From: Azolla caroliniana
Taxonomy: Eukaryota; Plantae; Polypodiophyta
DNA: 64,000 nt
Assembly: GCA_043228905.1 (NCBI GenBank)
Contig: JBHGNT010000014.1
Coordinates: forward strand, 14,632,001 to 14,696,000
Direction: 5' to 3'
Both the position numbers and the translations under genes were made by a program. Below, piece after piece: positions 13,190 to 27,701 of the stretch (the stretch's first letter is position 1; every line of letters starts with the position of its first letter). The notes under the pieces are model-generated. The model ran no database searches and was not told the origin of the DNA. It saw nothing but the letters and a program-made list of their open reading frames with translations.

Positions 13190-14440
13190 ATCTTCAGTTA
13201 TTTTTCTGAGGTAGTTAAGAGTGACATTTGAATTGATGATAAGAAAATAATAGACCTGGTTTAGTTCTATATTCAGTGTGCAATAAGAATGATCTATGTG
13301 GGAAGTATTCATCTTCAAGTTCTGATTCAACGGTGATTAGGTTAAGAAATAGGACATAGCTACAGCGCATCTATTGCATCAATTTGGTCCCATGATCATA
13401 TGATATAGACTCCTAAGAAAATTGTATCTAGCAGAAATTTTGAACATTTTTTAAATTAAATTTTTTCTTTACACCTTTGAAAAGCCGTATGTTCATCAAA
13501 ATGTGAAGGAAATGATTCTATGGTAGGTGTACCCAAAAACATCTTAGGCTCTCTACAGATGTAAACGGTCGAATCTGCTATCTAACATTTGTAGAAGTCT
13601 AACTTTGAATCATTGCATGTTTTATAATTTGCATGTTTGTATTTGTGTCCTCATTGTACTATAGGGTTTGGAATTATCAAACTTGATCCTCTTTTGTGAT
13701 ACTACTTGGCATTCCACATCAAAGTGTAGGTAGATGAACCCAATGTCTATCTTCCAATCCTGTCATTGTCATTCAAGGAGAGCTTTATGTAGATTTTGAA
13801 AGTATGTGCCAATTTAGTGACTGGTTATGATCTTATTGTTTTTGCAATTTTCAAAAGTTGCACTAGATTAATCACTGAACTACATGTTGACGGGAATGTC
13901 ATTGTTGATAAGAGTAGCAAGGGTTTAGGTACCATAGAGTAGAAACGATTTAGGCATTACAAATGTTGTGATTGAAATAGTACTAATTTAGGCAATGCCT
14001 TATAGTAGTGGTTTTCGCTCAATAACTTGATGTAATTGAAAATACAATGGTTGATAGAGTAGCAATGATTTAGACAAGACCTTATTGAATTTATTGTAGT
14101 GTCTCTTTGATTTACAGTTGAGGAACCTAGTTGAATATATTTGCTTCAATCCATTTCATTAAGAGTATAGTGAATGCTAGTGGATGTATGTGAGCCCAAT
14201 TGTCTTGAGTAAGTGTCATATAGTTGAATCTTATTAGCCACTAGTTGGAGCTCTTCTCAGTGATAATAAAATCATATCCATTGCTAGTCTAGAATGAGGA
14301 GCTCATTTTGGCAATAAGCTTGGTATAATATAAGTTAGTTTAAGAGAGGTCACTATCATGTTGCTGATTGGCGGTGATCATCACTACCATTGACATGGCC
14401 ATGAAGTTGAGCATGTTAGATTAAGGAATGCTTGCTAAGT

Positions 14441-14692
14441 GTGGTGACAAAATTTGATCATGACCATATTGGAGACAATTGAATTGGGTACGCAAGGACT
14501 TGGACCTTCTTGTTATGGATGCAAGGGCATATGGTGACAAAATTTGATCATGACCATATTGGAGACACTTGAATTGGGTAAGTAAGGACTAGATAGATGG
14601 ATAGATTTTTAACATCTCGGGAAACCAATAGAGATAATGGTAGATAGATATAGATACATTTTTAACATCCTCAGGAAACTAATTGCGATAAT

Positions 14693-14723
<31 letters not shown>

Positions 14724-14762
14724 TTTTTAACGTCCTCCGGAAACCAATAGAGATAATGATAG
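14441..14762. repeat. About 90-bp-period duplication followed by three GATA-containing 55-65-bp units
   Basis: TGGTGACAAAATTTGATCATGACCATATTGGAGACA x2; (GATA)n-TTTTAAC..GGAAAC..GATAATG x3. Confidence 0.75.
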
Positions 14763-16299
14763 TTTTTGGCTTACAGAGGTAGTAAGTGGATTGTCCATCC
14801 TGATTTGGTCATAGTACAACTAGAGTGGCACATATGCGTTCATGAAAACAAAAGGCTACGTAACGTAAGTTGGGACCCTTTGCAATGGAGATAGCATGAT
14901 CCATACGAGGGACAAGGAAGCAAAGCCATCCCCTTCTTCCAATTCACGACCACGTTGGGTAGCCACATTCGAGCTACTCAAACTGACAGAGAACCGAGCG
15001 TTGCAAAGATATGGTGCACATATCATGTTCCCCTTGCGACTATTGATAAGTTTTGGAAGCAATAATGATGGAAACAACAACAAGTTAGACGAATTACAGT
15101 CACCAAGGAAATGTTGGTTATTTTGGCAAGGCCAAATTGATAGATGCGAACATTACGATGAGGGAAATGATGTTGGTGGTAAAGGCACCAGAGATTTCGT
15201 TTTCCACCACTAACAATGTTCACTCAACCCACATCAAGGCCAAAGATCAAGTCGTGATGGAATTGACCAACCCAATAACACTCTGGAACATCTAGAAGCA
15301 GCATTGTAGGCGAGTCCTCTCTAATCACCGAAGTCTGCAGCTTGCGGGTCAGCTTGGACGAGACCATAGGGGTCTCGAACCAGGGAAGACGATCGAGCTT
15401 CCAACAATGTGTGCTGGTTGCGGCTATCGTGAGTCCAGCCCGAACAATGAACACATGAGCTTGTGGCTGTCTGACAATGAACACACTGATGATTCACAAG
15501 TAAGAGTAGGAGAGAGAGAGAGAGAAATGTAAGAGATAGTGAAGTCCTATACACACACAATACATCAAACAACAATTAATTGATTAACGATAGAAGACGT
15601 GAGTACAAGAATAGCCTCGAGCCTGGTAACAGAGCTTGATGCTTGACAGTTACCCGAATGTGAGCCTCTGGTCGGGAAGACATGGGCTCACTACACGAGC
15701 AGAGGCCTACGCGAACCTAATCGACAGAACAGAACAGAATCAAAACCGACATCCTTCCCTCCTATTTCGATTGTGCTCAATCCGACAAGACTTTGACCTC
15801 CCCCCAAAACGATCCCCCCCCTAACAGTCATCTTTGTTACGAAGGCGCTCCGGCTCTTCTTAATGCACAACGGATCGTGATGTGTTGGATCGTTTAGTGT
15901 GCTCAAGACAAAAAAAGAAGGGGGAAGGAGACTTACCTCTGTAGCAACCCAAAAGCTTCTATTTCATTACACAGAGAGAACCTCTCTCGTTTTCTCCTCT
16001 TACAACTACTCTCTTACTTCTACTTCTCACTCTTACTTTTTTTACCTAAGTATATAAGTGACTTATATATGCAGTTAATTAACTGTGAGTAGCTAATTAG
16101 CTGTGAATAGCTAATTAGTTGCGAGTAGCTAAATAGCTATTTTACTTATATGTCCACTAGTAGCTAATTTCCTAATAACTACTATAGGGGATCTCACCTA
16201 CCAATATGCATCATATGCTTTTGTTGAGCTTGTTTCTCAACACTCCCCCTCAAGCTCAACTTATCCTTTCTTGAGATCATCTTCAGTCTTCTTTCCTTC

Positions 16300-19200
16300 A
16301 TGCTTTTCAACTATCATACCAATGGTTATAACTCCCATCATGTCCTGAAACTATGTATGTTTTTCTATGCTCAGTCCCTTCATAAGAATATCACCAACTT
16401 GCTAATTTGTGTTTACATACATCAGATCCACTTCTCCATCAATCACTTTCTCTCAAACAAAGTGATAATGTACCTCAATGTTCTTTGTTCTTGCATGGAA
16501 CACTAGGTTTTTTGTGAGTTGAATGCTGCTAATATTGTCACACCAAATTGTGACTGCATTATCTATATACTCTCCCAAATCAGCAAGCAATCTTCTGATC
16601 CATACCTCTTCACAAGTGGCTATTGCAGCTGCTCTATATTCAACTTCAGTACTTGATAATGCAACAATAGCTTGTTTCTTGCTACTCCATGAAATAACTA
16701 CAGTTCCCAATATAAACATATATCCACTTGTGGATCTTCTATCAGTTTGGCTTCCAACCCAATCAACATTTGTATACCCTTCCAGCTTTATGTCCAGATC
16801 AGCCCTATAAAACAATCCATAGTTCTGAGTAGCTTTTACATACCTCAAGATTCTTCTAATGTAGTCCAAGTGTGGCTTTGTTGGTTGTAGCATAAACTTG
16901 CTGACTAATCCAACAACATAACTCAAATCAAGTCTTGCTATAGTCAAATATATGAGGTTGCCCACCATAGACCTATACATGTTTACATCGTCTATTTTGA
17001 CTCCCAAATCAGCCCTCAATTTGCAGTTCTTATCCAATGGTACATCAATAGGTTTGCATCCAAGCATACCATACTTCTTCAACATAGTTGTTGCATATTG
17101 TTTTTGCAACATATATATACCACTTTCAGATCTGATCATCTCAATACCAAGAAAGTATCTCAACTCTCCTAAATCCTTCATATGAAATTGCATTTCAAGA
17201 TTTTTCTTTAGCTTCCTTATTTCATCCATAGAATCACCTCAGATGATTAAATCATCGACATAAATCAAAATCACAACAATGCAATCATTTATCCTTTTTA
17301 CATATAATGATGGATCAACCTTTGACATTTTGAAAGAATTTTTTTTCAGAGATTCTGAAAGTTCCTTGTGCCATGCTCGAGGTGCTTGTTTTAGTCCATA
17401 GAGAGCCTTTTTCAGCTTACAAACATATTCTGGATGCTTCTTATCTTCAAATCCTGGTGGTTGACACATGTATACTTCCTCTTCCAAGTTACCATGTAAA
17501 AAGACATTTTTTACATCCATATGGTGCAGAAACAATCCTTTGATTGCACTTACAACAAGTAGTGTCCTCAAGGTTGCCATTTTTGCAACCGGTGCAAATG
17601 TTTCATCATAATCAATTCCTTGCATCTGGCCATATCCCTTTGCCACAAGTCTTGCATTATGTCTACTTACATTCCCATTGGAATCATGCTTTGTTTTGTA
17701 GACCCATTTGCAACCTACAACATTTTTTCCTTTTGGTAACTTTACCAAATCCCATGTTGTATTTTCAACCAATGCATATATTTCTTCTTGCATTGCATTC
17801 ACCCATTTCTTCTCAACTTTTGCTTCATCAAAACTATTTGGATCAAGGATTTGTACCACTTTAGACATGTATGCATAATGCATTGCCATGTATGTATCAT
17901 AACCAAATCTTTCAACAAATTTTTTCTCTTTATCTGATCTTCTCAGTTTTTGATTTGCATCCTTCATTACTTTTTCCATACCAGGGATTTTCAAGGCTTG
18001 TATACCCAGCTCATCATCCAATGATGTATCTGAATCAAACATCTTCCATGTTTCTAGATCCTTCATCAACCATTTCATATTCTGGCATCTTCTGTTTTCC
18101 CTTTTTATCATCATATTTTTTTGTCTTGCATTCTTTCCACTCCAAGCATTTGATTCAGATTTACTACCAGATTTTTCAGATGGTCCAGTACATTCTATTG
18201 ATGTTGAACTTTGCTATCCAACATTGCTTCCATTTCCATGGTTATCACTTCCATTTTCAAATTTGTTCCTGTCTTCATTTTCATTGTCTTCATTAGTTTC
18301 TACATTTTCTTTTGAGCTGTACTAGCTGCCCAAGTCATCAAATATTACATCACGGCTCACTACAATCTTTTTTGTCAATGGGTTATAAGATCTATACCCT
18401 TTTTGCTCCTCTCAATATCCAACAAGAACACATTTTGCAGCTTTTGGATCAAGCTTACTTCTTACTTCAACAGGTACATGAACATAGGCAAGGCATCCAA
18501 ACAGTTTTAAGTGTCCTAAACTAGGTTTCCTTCCATAGAAACATTATTCAAGAGTTATTTCATGTACTCCAGATGTTATACATCTATTTAGAATAAAGTT
18601 TGCTATGTTTACAACTTATGCCCAGTAATACAATGGCATATTCTTTTAAGTCATTAAGGCTCTTGCTATGTTCACCAAAGTTTTGTTTTTCCTCTCAGCC
18701 ACTCCATTTTGTTGTGGAGTATATCTACATGTGAACTATCTCCTTATCCCTTGATTGCATAGAAAATAAAAAAATTCATTTGAGATGTATTCTCCTCCTC
18801 CATTAGATCTTAAACATTTTATTTTAGTTCCATCCTGCTTTTCTACCATGCATTTTAACTTACGAAAGCAATCAAATACTTCACTTTTCTCTTTCATGAA
18901 GTAAACCCATGTTTTCCTTGAGCAATCATCAATAAATGTTACATAAAACCTATAACCACCAATTGAGACCTTTTTTGTTGGTCCCCATACATCTGTATGT
19001 ACCAAATCCAATAAATTTTTGCTTACATGTCTTTCATGAGGGAAAGGTAACCTGTTTTGCTTTCCATATTGGCATGCTTCACATATTTTGCTCATTTCAC
19101 AGTCTTTCAACTTAGGCAGTCCAGCCACTGCATTTTTCCTCAACATATTTTTCAAAGTTTGCATACTTATGTGTCCAATTCTTTTATGCCACATTTCCAC

Positions 19201-19612
19201 ATCTGAGATCACATTCATTTATCCTGCAAACATGGCAATAATTTTTTTAGGCATATCCACATCTAAGACAAACATTCTTCCTTGATGTTTTGCTTTTGCA
19301 ATCAACTTTCCATGTTTCTCTATAAAGCATCCACTTTGCTTAAACTTAACTTGCATTCCTTGCTCTACTATCTGTCCAACAAAAATCAGTTTTTTTGCAA
19401 GGTTTGGCACATACATAACATTCAACATATACTTTGCTTTTCCTTTTTCTTCCCACAATGGGATATCTCCAACATGCTCGATTGTATGAGTGGTATTATC
19501 ACCTGCCTATACATAACTAGGAATCTCTGGTTCTCTTAGACTTTCAAACCAATTTGCATGTCCAGTCATGTGATTAGATACCCCAAAATCTACATACCAC
19601 ATATACTAGTCA
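16300..19612 (-). pseudogene. Copia protease-integrase-RT-RNase H, with stops and frameshifts
   Basis: WHKRIGH, LVHTDVWGP, HMDVKNVFLHG, LYGLKQAPRAW, YVDDLII, WSSKKQ. Confidence 0.92.
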
Positions 19613-20354
19613 CCTGGAGCGCCAAAATGATAGGGTGTATAAGATAATAGATAGTTATACACTATATGAGGGCTTGACCAAACCGATTAGATGGAGTTGA
19701 AAATCATAATATATTATATAGCTCTAGGTAATTATGATTAGAGAGTATAACTCAAGAAACTAAGAAAAAAGATAGAGAAAGCGAGCAAGAAATAAGAATG
19801 TTCTGATATTCCAACATCAAGAGAATACAAAGGAGACAAACTCCACATTGAACTAAAACCAAAGACCTTCCTCTTCTAAGACACTTCTTCCTAACACTCC
19901 TCATCCACTCTTTTTCTTTACTCTTCCCCCCTTCCTCACTAATATTACTTCTTCTTTTATAACCTTCCTCTTCTTATCCACGTTCATGCTATTTTTAGAA
20001 GCTTTTTATCTCCCTATTTTTAGCTATGACACATCAACCTTCTAATCGTCATATCTCCCTCATCCGATATCCAAATTAAGCGATTTAAAAAGCTATAGAA
20101 AGCTCTTTTTACAAGCTTTCTAATCCATATTTAAACGTGATATTTGGATAAACAACGAGGGAGTTATGACCATTCTATTTTTACTGTTTTTTATAGTCTG
20201 CGTTTTCTCTTTTTACTTTTCTCTTGGTCTCGTACTTTTACTTTTGACTTCTTCCCTAAGGTCTTAGTTCGTGTTCTTATCCTCAAAAGGTGAATTATCT
20301 ATACTTTATATTCTCCTAATGTTCAATGGCTTAGATTCTAAAAACACTTTCACA
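19613..20354 (-). repeat. Gypsy LTR (19628-20354) plus TTT and 12 nt of PBS (left end of array)
   Basis: Reverse complement of the LTR followed by TTTTGGCGCTCCAGG, then copia sequence. Confidence 0.92.
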
Positions 20355-20358
20355 TTTT

Positions 20359-21162
20359 TGCTAGTGATTATTACAAAATGATGAGGTAGTAGAAAGCTTC
20401 TAAACTTTTTACAAGCATATATAAGAGCTAACATCCACTTTTCTACTTCTAAGAATTCTTTCTCTACATCAGACATGGCTTTACTAATAAAATATATAGG
20501 ATGCATAAGCCTATTTTCAGAATCTTGTTGCATAAGAATGGCTCCTATAGCATGAGATCCAACACTAAGAGAAAGAAAGAAGGTAGATGTTCTATCAGGT
20601 GGCTTTAGAATAGGAGCATTACATAATAGTTCTTTTATTCTTACATATTGCTCTTCAGTTGTAGATGTCCACAAGAAGTTGTTGGTGCGAAGAATAATGC
20701 GAAAAGGATAGAGAATTTGGGCCAACATATGAATGAATCGTTCAAAGTAACAAACTTTTTGAACAAATACCTCCAAATCTTTGATACTCGTGGGTGTTGT
20801 CATCTTTTGAATTGCTTCAATCTTTGAGCTATCAACTTTGATTCCTTCTTGAGACACCACATGACCAAGCATCACCACCTCCTTTTCACCTATGTGACAC
20901 TTCTCTGGGTTGAGTTGCATTTTGCATTCCTCCAATCTTTTGAATGCCGAGCAAACCTTTTCCAAATGGTCTTTCCTGCTACTATAAATTGCAAAGTCAT
21001 CCATAAAGACTCTAACAAACTTTCCAAAGAATGGTTGGAATACATGAATAGCAAGACGATTAAATGTAAAAACAGCATTTGTGAGTCCAAAGGGCATGCA
21101 TCGATATGCAAAGCATCCCCATGGAGTGATGAATGTCGTCTTCTTTTGATCCTCTTCCGCAA
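20359..21162 (-). pseudogene. Inverted RT-RNase H fragment of the gypsy family
   Basis: Near-identical to about 23979-24782 (FMDD motif). Confidence 0.92.
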
Positions 21163-24100
21163 AAAATAGCATGAACGTGGATAAGAAGAGGAAGGTTATA
21201 AAAGAAGAAGTAATATTAGTGAGAAGGGGGGGAAGAGGAAGGAAAAAGAGTGGATGAGGAGTGTTAGGAAGAAGTGTCTTTGTGGAAGGAAGTGTCTTAG
21301 AAGACAGGAAGGTCTTTGGTTTTAGTTCAATGTGGAGTTTGTCTCCTTTGTATTCTCTTGATGTTGGAATATCAGAATATTCTTATTTCTTGCTCGCTTT
21401 CTCTATCTTTTTTCTTAGTTTCTTGAGTTGTACTCTCTAATCATAATTACCTAGAGCTATATAATATATTATGATTTTCAACTCCATCTAATCGGTTTGA
21501 TCAAGCCCTCATATAGTGTATAACTATCTATTATCTTATACACCCTATCTTTTTGGCGCTCCAGGGAGGGCGGATCCTTTCCGTATAGGAGGGAGAACTT
21601 ATCATTTAATTGTGTTACTATATTACATTAACTTAGCTATGCAATTTGCATTTTCAGGTGAAAGAACACAAGATGCGGGTGCCTTTTTGGCATCTTTTGA
21701 GCATCATGCTGTCTCTATTGGACGCATCACCGACAATGAGAAGTTACCTTTATTGGTAGCTACATTCTATGGTCGAGCTCGAGATTGGTATGACTCTCTT
21801 CCTCCAAACCAACAGGGAGCATATCAATTGTTGGTGCACCAGTTTCGTGCCAAATATATTCAACGACGAAGTGCAACCGAAGTAAGGGAAGAGCTATTTC
21901 GACTAAAGATGGAATCACCAATTGGTTTCACTGAGTATGAAAGAAATTTCAAGGATTTGTGGACTACATGGATTCGTCTTCGTGGCGGCACTGAAGACGA
22001 GTGGTTTAAAATGGAACGATTCAAGATGGGTCTTGATATGTATTTCCGTTTGGAAGCAAACTTGAAGGATCCCACATCGTTTCAAGCTCTTATCCAAGTT
22101 TGTCAAGCTTATGATCGACAAGTGAAGATGATGAGCTCCTTGGGGGATCCCCAAATGACGGCTTTGGGTGCAAATTTGATGCCTCGTGCCAACTTTCAAG
22201 CCTCATCTTCAATTGTGCATGGGGGACAAGTGTTTCCAAATGTGTATACCACCACAACAATAAACCCAACAAGTATATCCCAAGAAGTTGAACAAGTGAG
22301 GAGTGAACAAGATACCATGGCATTGGTAAATCGGCGCTTTGATGAAGTGATGACCCACTTGCGACAATCCCAAGCAATTCACAACACTATTCCCGATGGT
22401 GGTGGCTCTAGAGGGCATCACGGTGTAATTTGTTATTCTTGTCAAGAGGAGGGACACATCTCAACAAGATGTCCTCATCGACAACAAAGAGGCATGGGAA
22501 GAGGCATTTATCAAGTGCAAAGGAATGGACAACGACCTAACAACAATGAAGTCGAAGGAAACGTAACACTCCCTATGGCTCAGGTTCCTACAATCCCTCA
22601 TAATGTGAATCTTCTTAATTTTATTGATGATAGTGATAATTCTTTTGAAGTAGCTCCTGTGAAAAGGACAAGGTCCTTGCAAAAGGAGAAAGAAGTTGAA
22701 GGAGAATCTAGTGCCTCAAGACAAAAGAAGAAGTCTAAGGAGAATGAGAAAGAGGAAAAATTGAGAAGGAGACACTCTAGAAGAAAGATCAAGATGGAGG
22801 ACATTCCTATGGGTGAAGGTGTAGAAGCTTTCAATTTGAAGCATGAGTTGATTTCAAGTGGACCAAGGATAACATGGCCGCAACTTCTCCAATTATCTCC
22901 CACATTACGAAAGGAGTGGGGGCGACTTGCAAGTATTCGCCAAAGTCGGAAGACTGTGCAAATCGAAAGGACATACGACCCACCATCCCCGTCTCCATCA
23001 AAGGGTTTCACATCAAAGATGCGTTGGTTGATAGTGGTGCTAGAGTAAGCTTGATTTCTGAATTTGTGGTAAACAAAGTGGGAATTCCTATAAGTAGTTC
23101 ATCTTCGGCAAGAGTGGCTGTAGCCGATGGTGGAGTGGTCCATTGCATTGGCATAGTGGAGGATGTTGTCATCAAGTGTTTTGGGGTAAGCATTTCCATG
23201 GATTTTCATGTAATACCACTAAAAGGACCGTCATATTCTTTGGTACTAGGACGACCATGGATGCAAGAACTCAATGTTGTCCAAGATTGGAGCAAAGGTT
23301 TGATGACCATAACGCCATCAAAAGGAGTAAGCATACATTATGATATGCGGCAACAAAGACTTATTGAGAAAGAAGAAGATGGAATAACTGAATATGATAG
23401 TGGGTCCGCATATGAAAGTGATGAAAGTGAAGATTCCTCGTCAGAATGGGAAATGACCACATCATATGCCGTTTTGAAGGAAGAAGATGATGAAGGAGGT
23501 TTAATTACTATGGAGCAAAAAGAGAAGATGATTTCTAAAGATCTTAAAGGGCAAGAGAGGCAACAATTTATTAATTTGATTTCTGAATTTCGTAACCTTT
23601 TCATTAGTGATTATGCTCATATTAGGGGTGTAGATGTCATCCAACATCACATAAATCTAAAGGAGGGTACAACTCCCGTTGCGCAAAAGTTGCGAAGGCT
23701 AGGTCACGTGCAAAAGGAGGCCTTATTAAAGGAAGTCAAAGCTTTGTTGCGTGCACAATTCATTTACCCAGTGGAAGATTCTGAATGGGTTTCGCCCATT
23801 GTGGTGGTACCTAAAAAGAATGGAAAATGGAGGGTTTGTGTTGATTACAAACCTCTAAATGCGGCTACCAAGAGGGATCACTTTCCTCTCCCTTTCCAAG
23901 ATGAAATATTAGATGAAATTGCGGGTCATGAAATGTACTCTGTTTGTGATGGCTATTCAGGTTATTTTCAAATTCGTATTGCGGAAGAGGATCAAAAGAA
24001 GACGACATTCATCACTCCATGGGGATGCTTTGCATATCGATGCATGCCCTTTGGACTCACAAATGCTGTTTTTACATTTAATCGTCTTGCTATTCATGTA

Positions 24101-27100
24101 TTCCAACCATTCTTTGGAAAGTTTGTTAGAGTCTTTATGGATGACTTTGCAATTTATAGTAGCAGGAAAGACCATTTGGAAAAGGTTTGCTCGGCATTCA
24201 AAAGATTGGAGGAATGCAAAATGCAACTCAACCCAGAGAAGTGTCACATAGGTGAAAAGGAGGTGGTGATGCTTGGTCATGTGGTGTCTCAAGAAGGAAT
24301 CAAAGTTGATAGCTCAAAGATTGAAGCAATTCAAAAGATGACAACACCCACGAGTATCAAAGATTTGGAGGTATTTGTTCAAAAAGTTCATTACTTTGAA
24401 CGATTCATTCATATGTTGGCCCAAATTCTCTATCCTTTTCGCATTATTCTTCGCACCAACAACTTCTTGTGGACATCTACAACTGAAGAGCAATATGTAA
24501 GAATAAAAGAACTATTATGTAATGCTCCTATTCTAAAGCCACCTGATAGAACATCTACCTTCTTTCTTTCTCTTAGTGTTGGATCTCATGCTATAGGAGC
24601 CATTCTTATGCAACAAGATTCTGAAAATAGGCTTATGCATCCTATATATTTTATTAGTAAAGCCATGTCTGATGTAGAGAAAGAATTCTTAGAAGTAGAA
24701 AAGTGGATGTTAGCTCTTATATATGCTTGTAAAAAGTTTAGAAGCTTTCTACTACCTCATCATTTTGTAATAATCACTAGCATGTCATTACTCCCATATG
24801 TACTCCAACATGTGAGCATTTCAGCACGAATTGCTAAATGGGCTCTACTATTGGCGGAGTTTGATTTTGAAGTCAAATTGGAATCAACTATGCGTGCCGA
24901 ATTGGCGGATCTTCTCACCTTTAGAGAAACCTTTCATGAAGAAGACTTGGTAAAGCTACGAAAGGCACTTCCCGAGCCGGATATGGAGGATGCATTCACC
25001 TTATTCTTTGATGGGGCATTTCGCAAAGCCACAAACATAGCCGTGGGTGGGATTATTCTAAAGGATCCTCAAGGAGACAGAGTAAAAAGTGAAGGTATTA
25101 CATTAAGTGGTGTGAATTCAAATAATGAAGCGGAGTATGCTACCTTGTGTTATGGTCTTCGTCTATGTAAAGCTATGAAGATAAAAAGATTAATTCTTAA
25201 GGGTGATTCCTTATTGGTAATTAAACAAATTCAAGGCAACTGGAAATGTCAAAGTGATGGGCTTAGAAATTTTTATAAAGAAGCAATGAGTCTACTAAGG
25301 TCTTTTGAAAAGATACAGGTTAAGCATGTGGGGAGATTATACAATAAAGAAGCGGATGCATTAGCTCAAGCCCAATTAGATAAGATCAAGGAAGGTTTCG
25401 TTGGTGTTTTGGAGACGTGCAAAGATGTAGACTCCCTAGAGGAAGTACATAATTTTCTTAATAAAGGAGAGTTTCCAAATAACCTCAATGCTTTGCAAAG
25501 AAAGCGTTTGGTGGCAAAGGCTTCACAATATCATTTGGTGGGTGAAGATTTGTACAACAAAGGGAAAGATGGAGTTTTACGAAGAGTTCCTAACAAAAGC
25601 GAGATTATAAAGATACTCTTTAAGTTGCATGAAGAAGTTTGTGGTGGGCATTTAGCCCATGATATAATGATAAGAAAGATTTTACTAATTGGTTTTACAT
25701 GGCCTACTATCCATAGGGATGTGCATGATTGGTGTAGATCTTGTGATGCATGTCAAAAAGCGGGAATAAGACATCTACAAAGTGGACCTTTACAACCCAT
25801 TGTGGTGTTTGCTCCATTCGAGAAATGGGGAATTGATGCAGTAGGACCTCTTCCGAAAACTCAACATGGTAAAGAGTTTATTTTGGTGGCCATTGACTAC
25901 ATGACAAAGTGGGTGGAAGCTATAGCAACTTCCTCGATTAAAGCCAAAGATGTAGCCCAATTTGTGTATAAGAATATTTGTACTAGATTTGGAGTTCCCA
26001 TGGAGATTGTATCCGATCATGGACCCGGTTTTAGGAGTGAAATGTTAGCTTGTCTATTAAGCAAGTTGAAGATTAAGCATCGATATTCAACGCCTTATTA
26101 TCCTCAAGCAAATGGTGCAGTTGAGAAAGTGAATGGGCTTATAGTGAAGAATTTGACAAAGTTAGTGCAAGACAAAGTAAGAACATGGGATAGGTATTTG
26201 GATGATACTCTTTGGGCTTATAGAGTTTCTTATAAATCCTCCACAGGTTTTACTCCTTTTTATTTGGTTTATGGAAAAGAAGCGTTACTTCCGATCGAAC
26301 TTGAGATCAAAAGTAATAGACTAATGGAGGCATCGCATCGCTCAAAAGGAAATGATGTGATGAGTCGTTTAGCGAGCAACCATCTACTACAATATTCAAG
26401 AGAAGAAGCTGTGGAGCATTACTTAAATCAAGCAATGAAGAGAAAGGAGGCATATGACAAAAAACACAAGGGCAACCACATTGAAGAAGGATCATTGGTT
26501 CTTAGGTATGATAATAGATATGATTATATTCAAGGACAAAAGCTTGATAATAAGTGGGAAGGACCCTTTGTGGTTCACAAAAAGTATGACAACGGAAGTT
26601 ACCAATTGAAAGATGTGGATGGAGCACTTCATTCTTATCGAGTGAACGGATGGCGCCTTAAAAAGTATGTAACTCGGGGACCTACTTATATTCCCCAAGT
26701 TACTAATGATATTGTTGATACGGATGGATGGGAGCAAGAAGTGGACTTGTTTCCCCATACATTATTTTCTTAATAGTCCATATTGTAGACCCATCTTTCT
26801 CTCTATTAACAAAGAGGAAGATGGTAATAGTGATTATCATTTTTATTTGTAGAGAATGTGAGGTTTTTCCTACCGATTAGCGGGGGTTTTACTCACATCT
26901 TTTTATTTTCTTTTTATTATATCTCTCTCATTGTCTATAGCCAAGAGATTGGTGAGAGAGCTTTTGTTTGTTAAGTACTGCCAATAAGTGCTTCGCCATA
27001 AATGGCTTAGCCTCTAACAAGAGGGAGGGCTAAATGTGAAAGTGTTTTTAGAATCTAAGCCATTGAACATTAGGAGAATATAAAGTATAGATAATTCACC

Positions 27101-27701
27101 TTTTGAGGATAAGAACACGAACTAAGACCTTAGGGAAGAAGTCAAAAGTAAAAGTACGAGACCAAGAGAAAAGTAAAAAGAGAAAACGCAGACTATAAAA
27201 AACAGTAAAAATAGAATGGTCATTACTCCCTCGTTGTTTATCCAAATATCACGTTTAAATATGGATTAGAAAGCTTGTAAAAAGAGCTTTCTATAGCTTT
27301 TTAAATCGCTTAATTTGGATATCGGATGAGGGAGATATGACGATTAGAAGGTTGATGTGTCATAGCTAAAAATAGGGAGATAAAAAGCTTCTAAAAATAG
27401 CATGAACGTGGATAAGAAGAGGAAGGTTATAAAAGAAGAAGTAATATTAGTGAGGAAGGGGGGAAGAGTAAAGAAAAAGAGTGGATGAGGAGTGTTAGGA
27501 AGAAGTGTCTTAGAAGAGGAAGGTCTTTGGTTTTAGTTCAATGTGGAGTTTGTCTCCTTTGTATTCTCTTGATGTTGGAATATCAGAATATTCTTATTTC
27601 TTGCTCGCTTTCTCTATCTTTTTTCTTAGTTTCTTGAGTTGTACTCTCTAATCATAATTACCTAGAGCTATATAATATATTATGATTTTCAACTCCATCT
27701 A
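21163..27701 (+). mobile_element. Autonomous-type copy 1: half 5' LTR, PBS, gag-pol with net 25-nt deletion frameshift near 22960, PPT, 3' LTR 27035-27701 (U5 end truncated)
   Basis: ORFs 21619-23048 and 22874-26773 compared with the intact copy at 35008. Confidence 0.92.

Noticed and set aside
14856-15834. Short ORFs as a host gene
   Set aside because: No motifs or coherent splice pattern; probably decayed TE or LTR sequence whose boundaries I could not fix
22874-23048. Overlapping gag and pol ORFs suggesting programmed frameshifting
   Set aside because: The intact copy at 35008 is one ORF; this copy has a net 25-nt deletion near 22960
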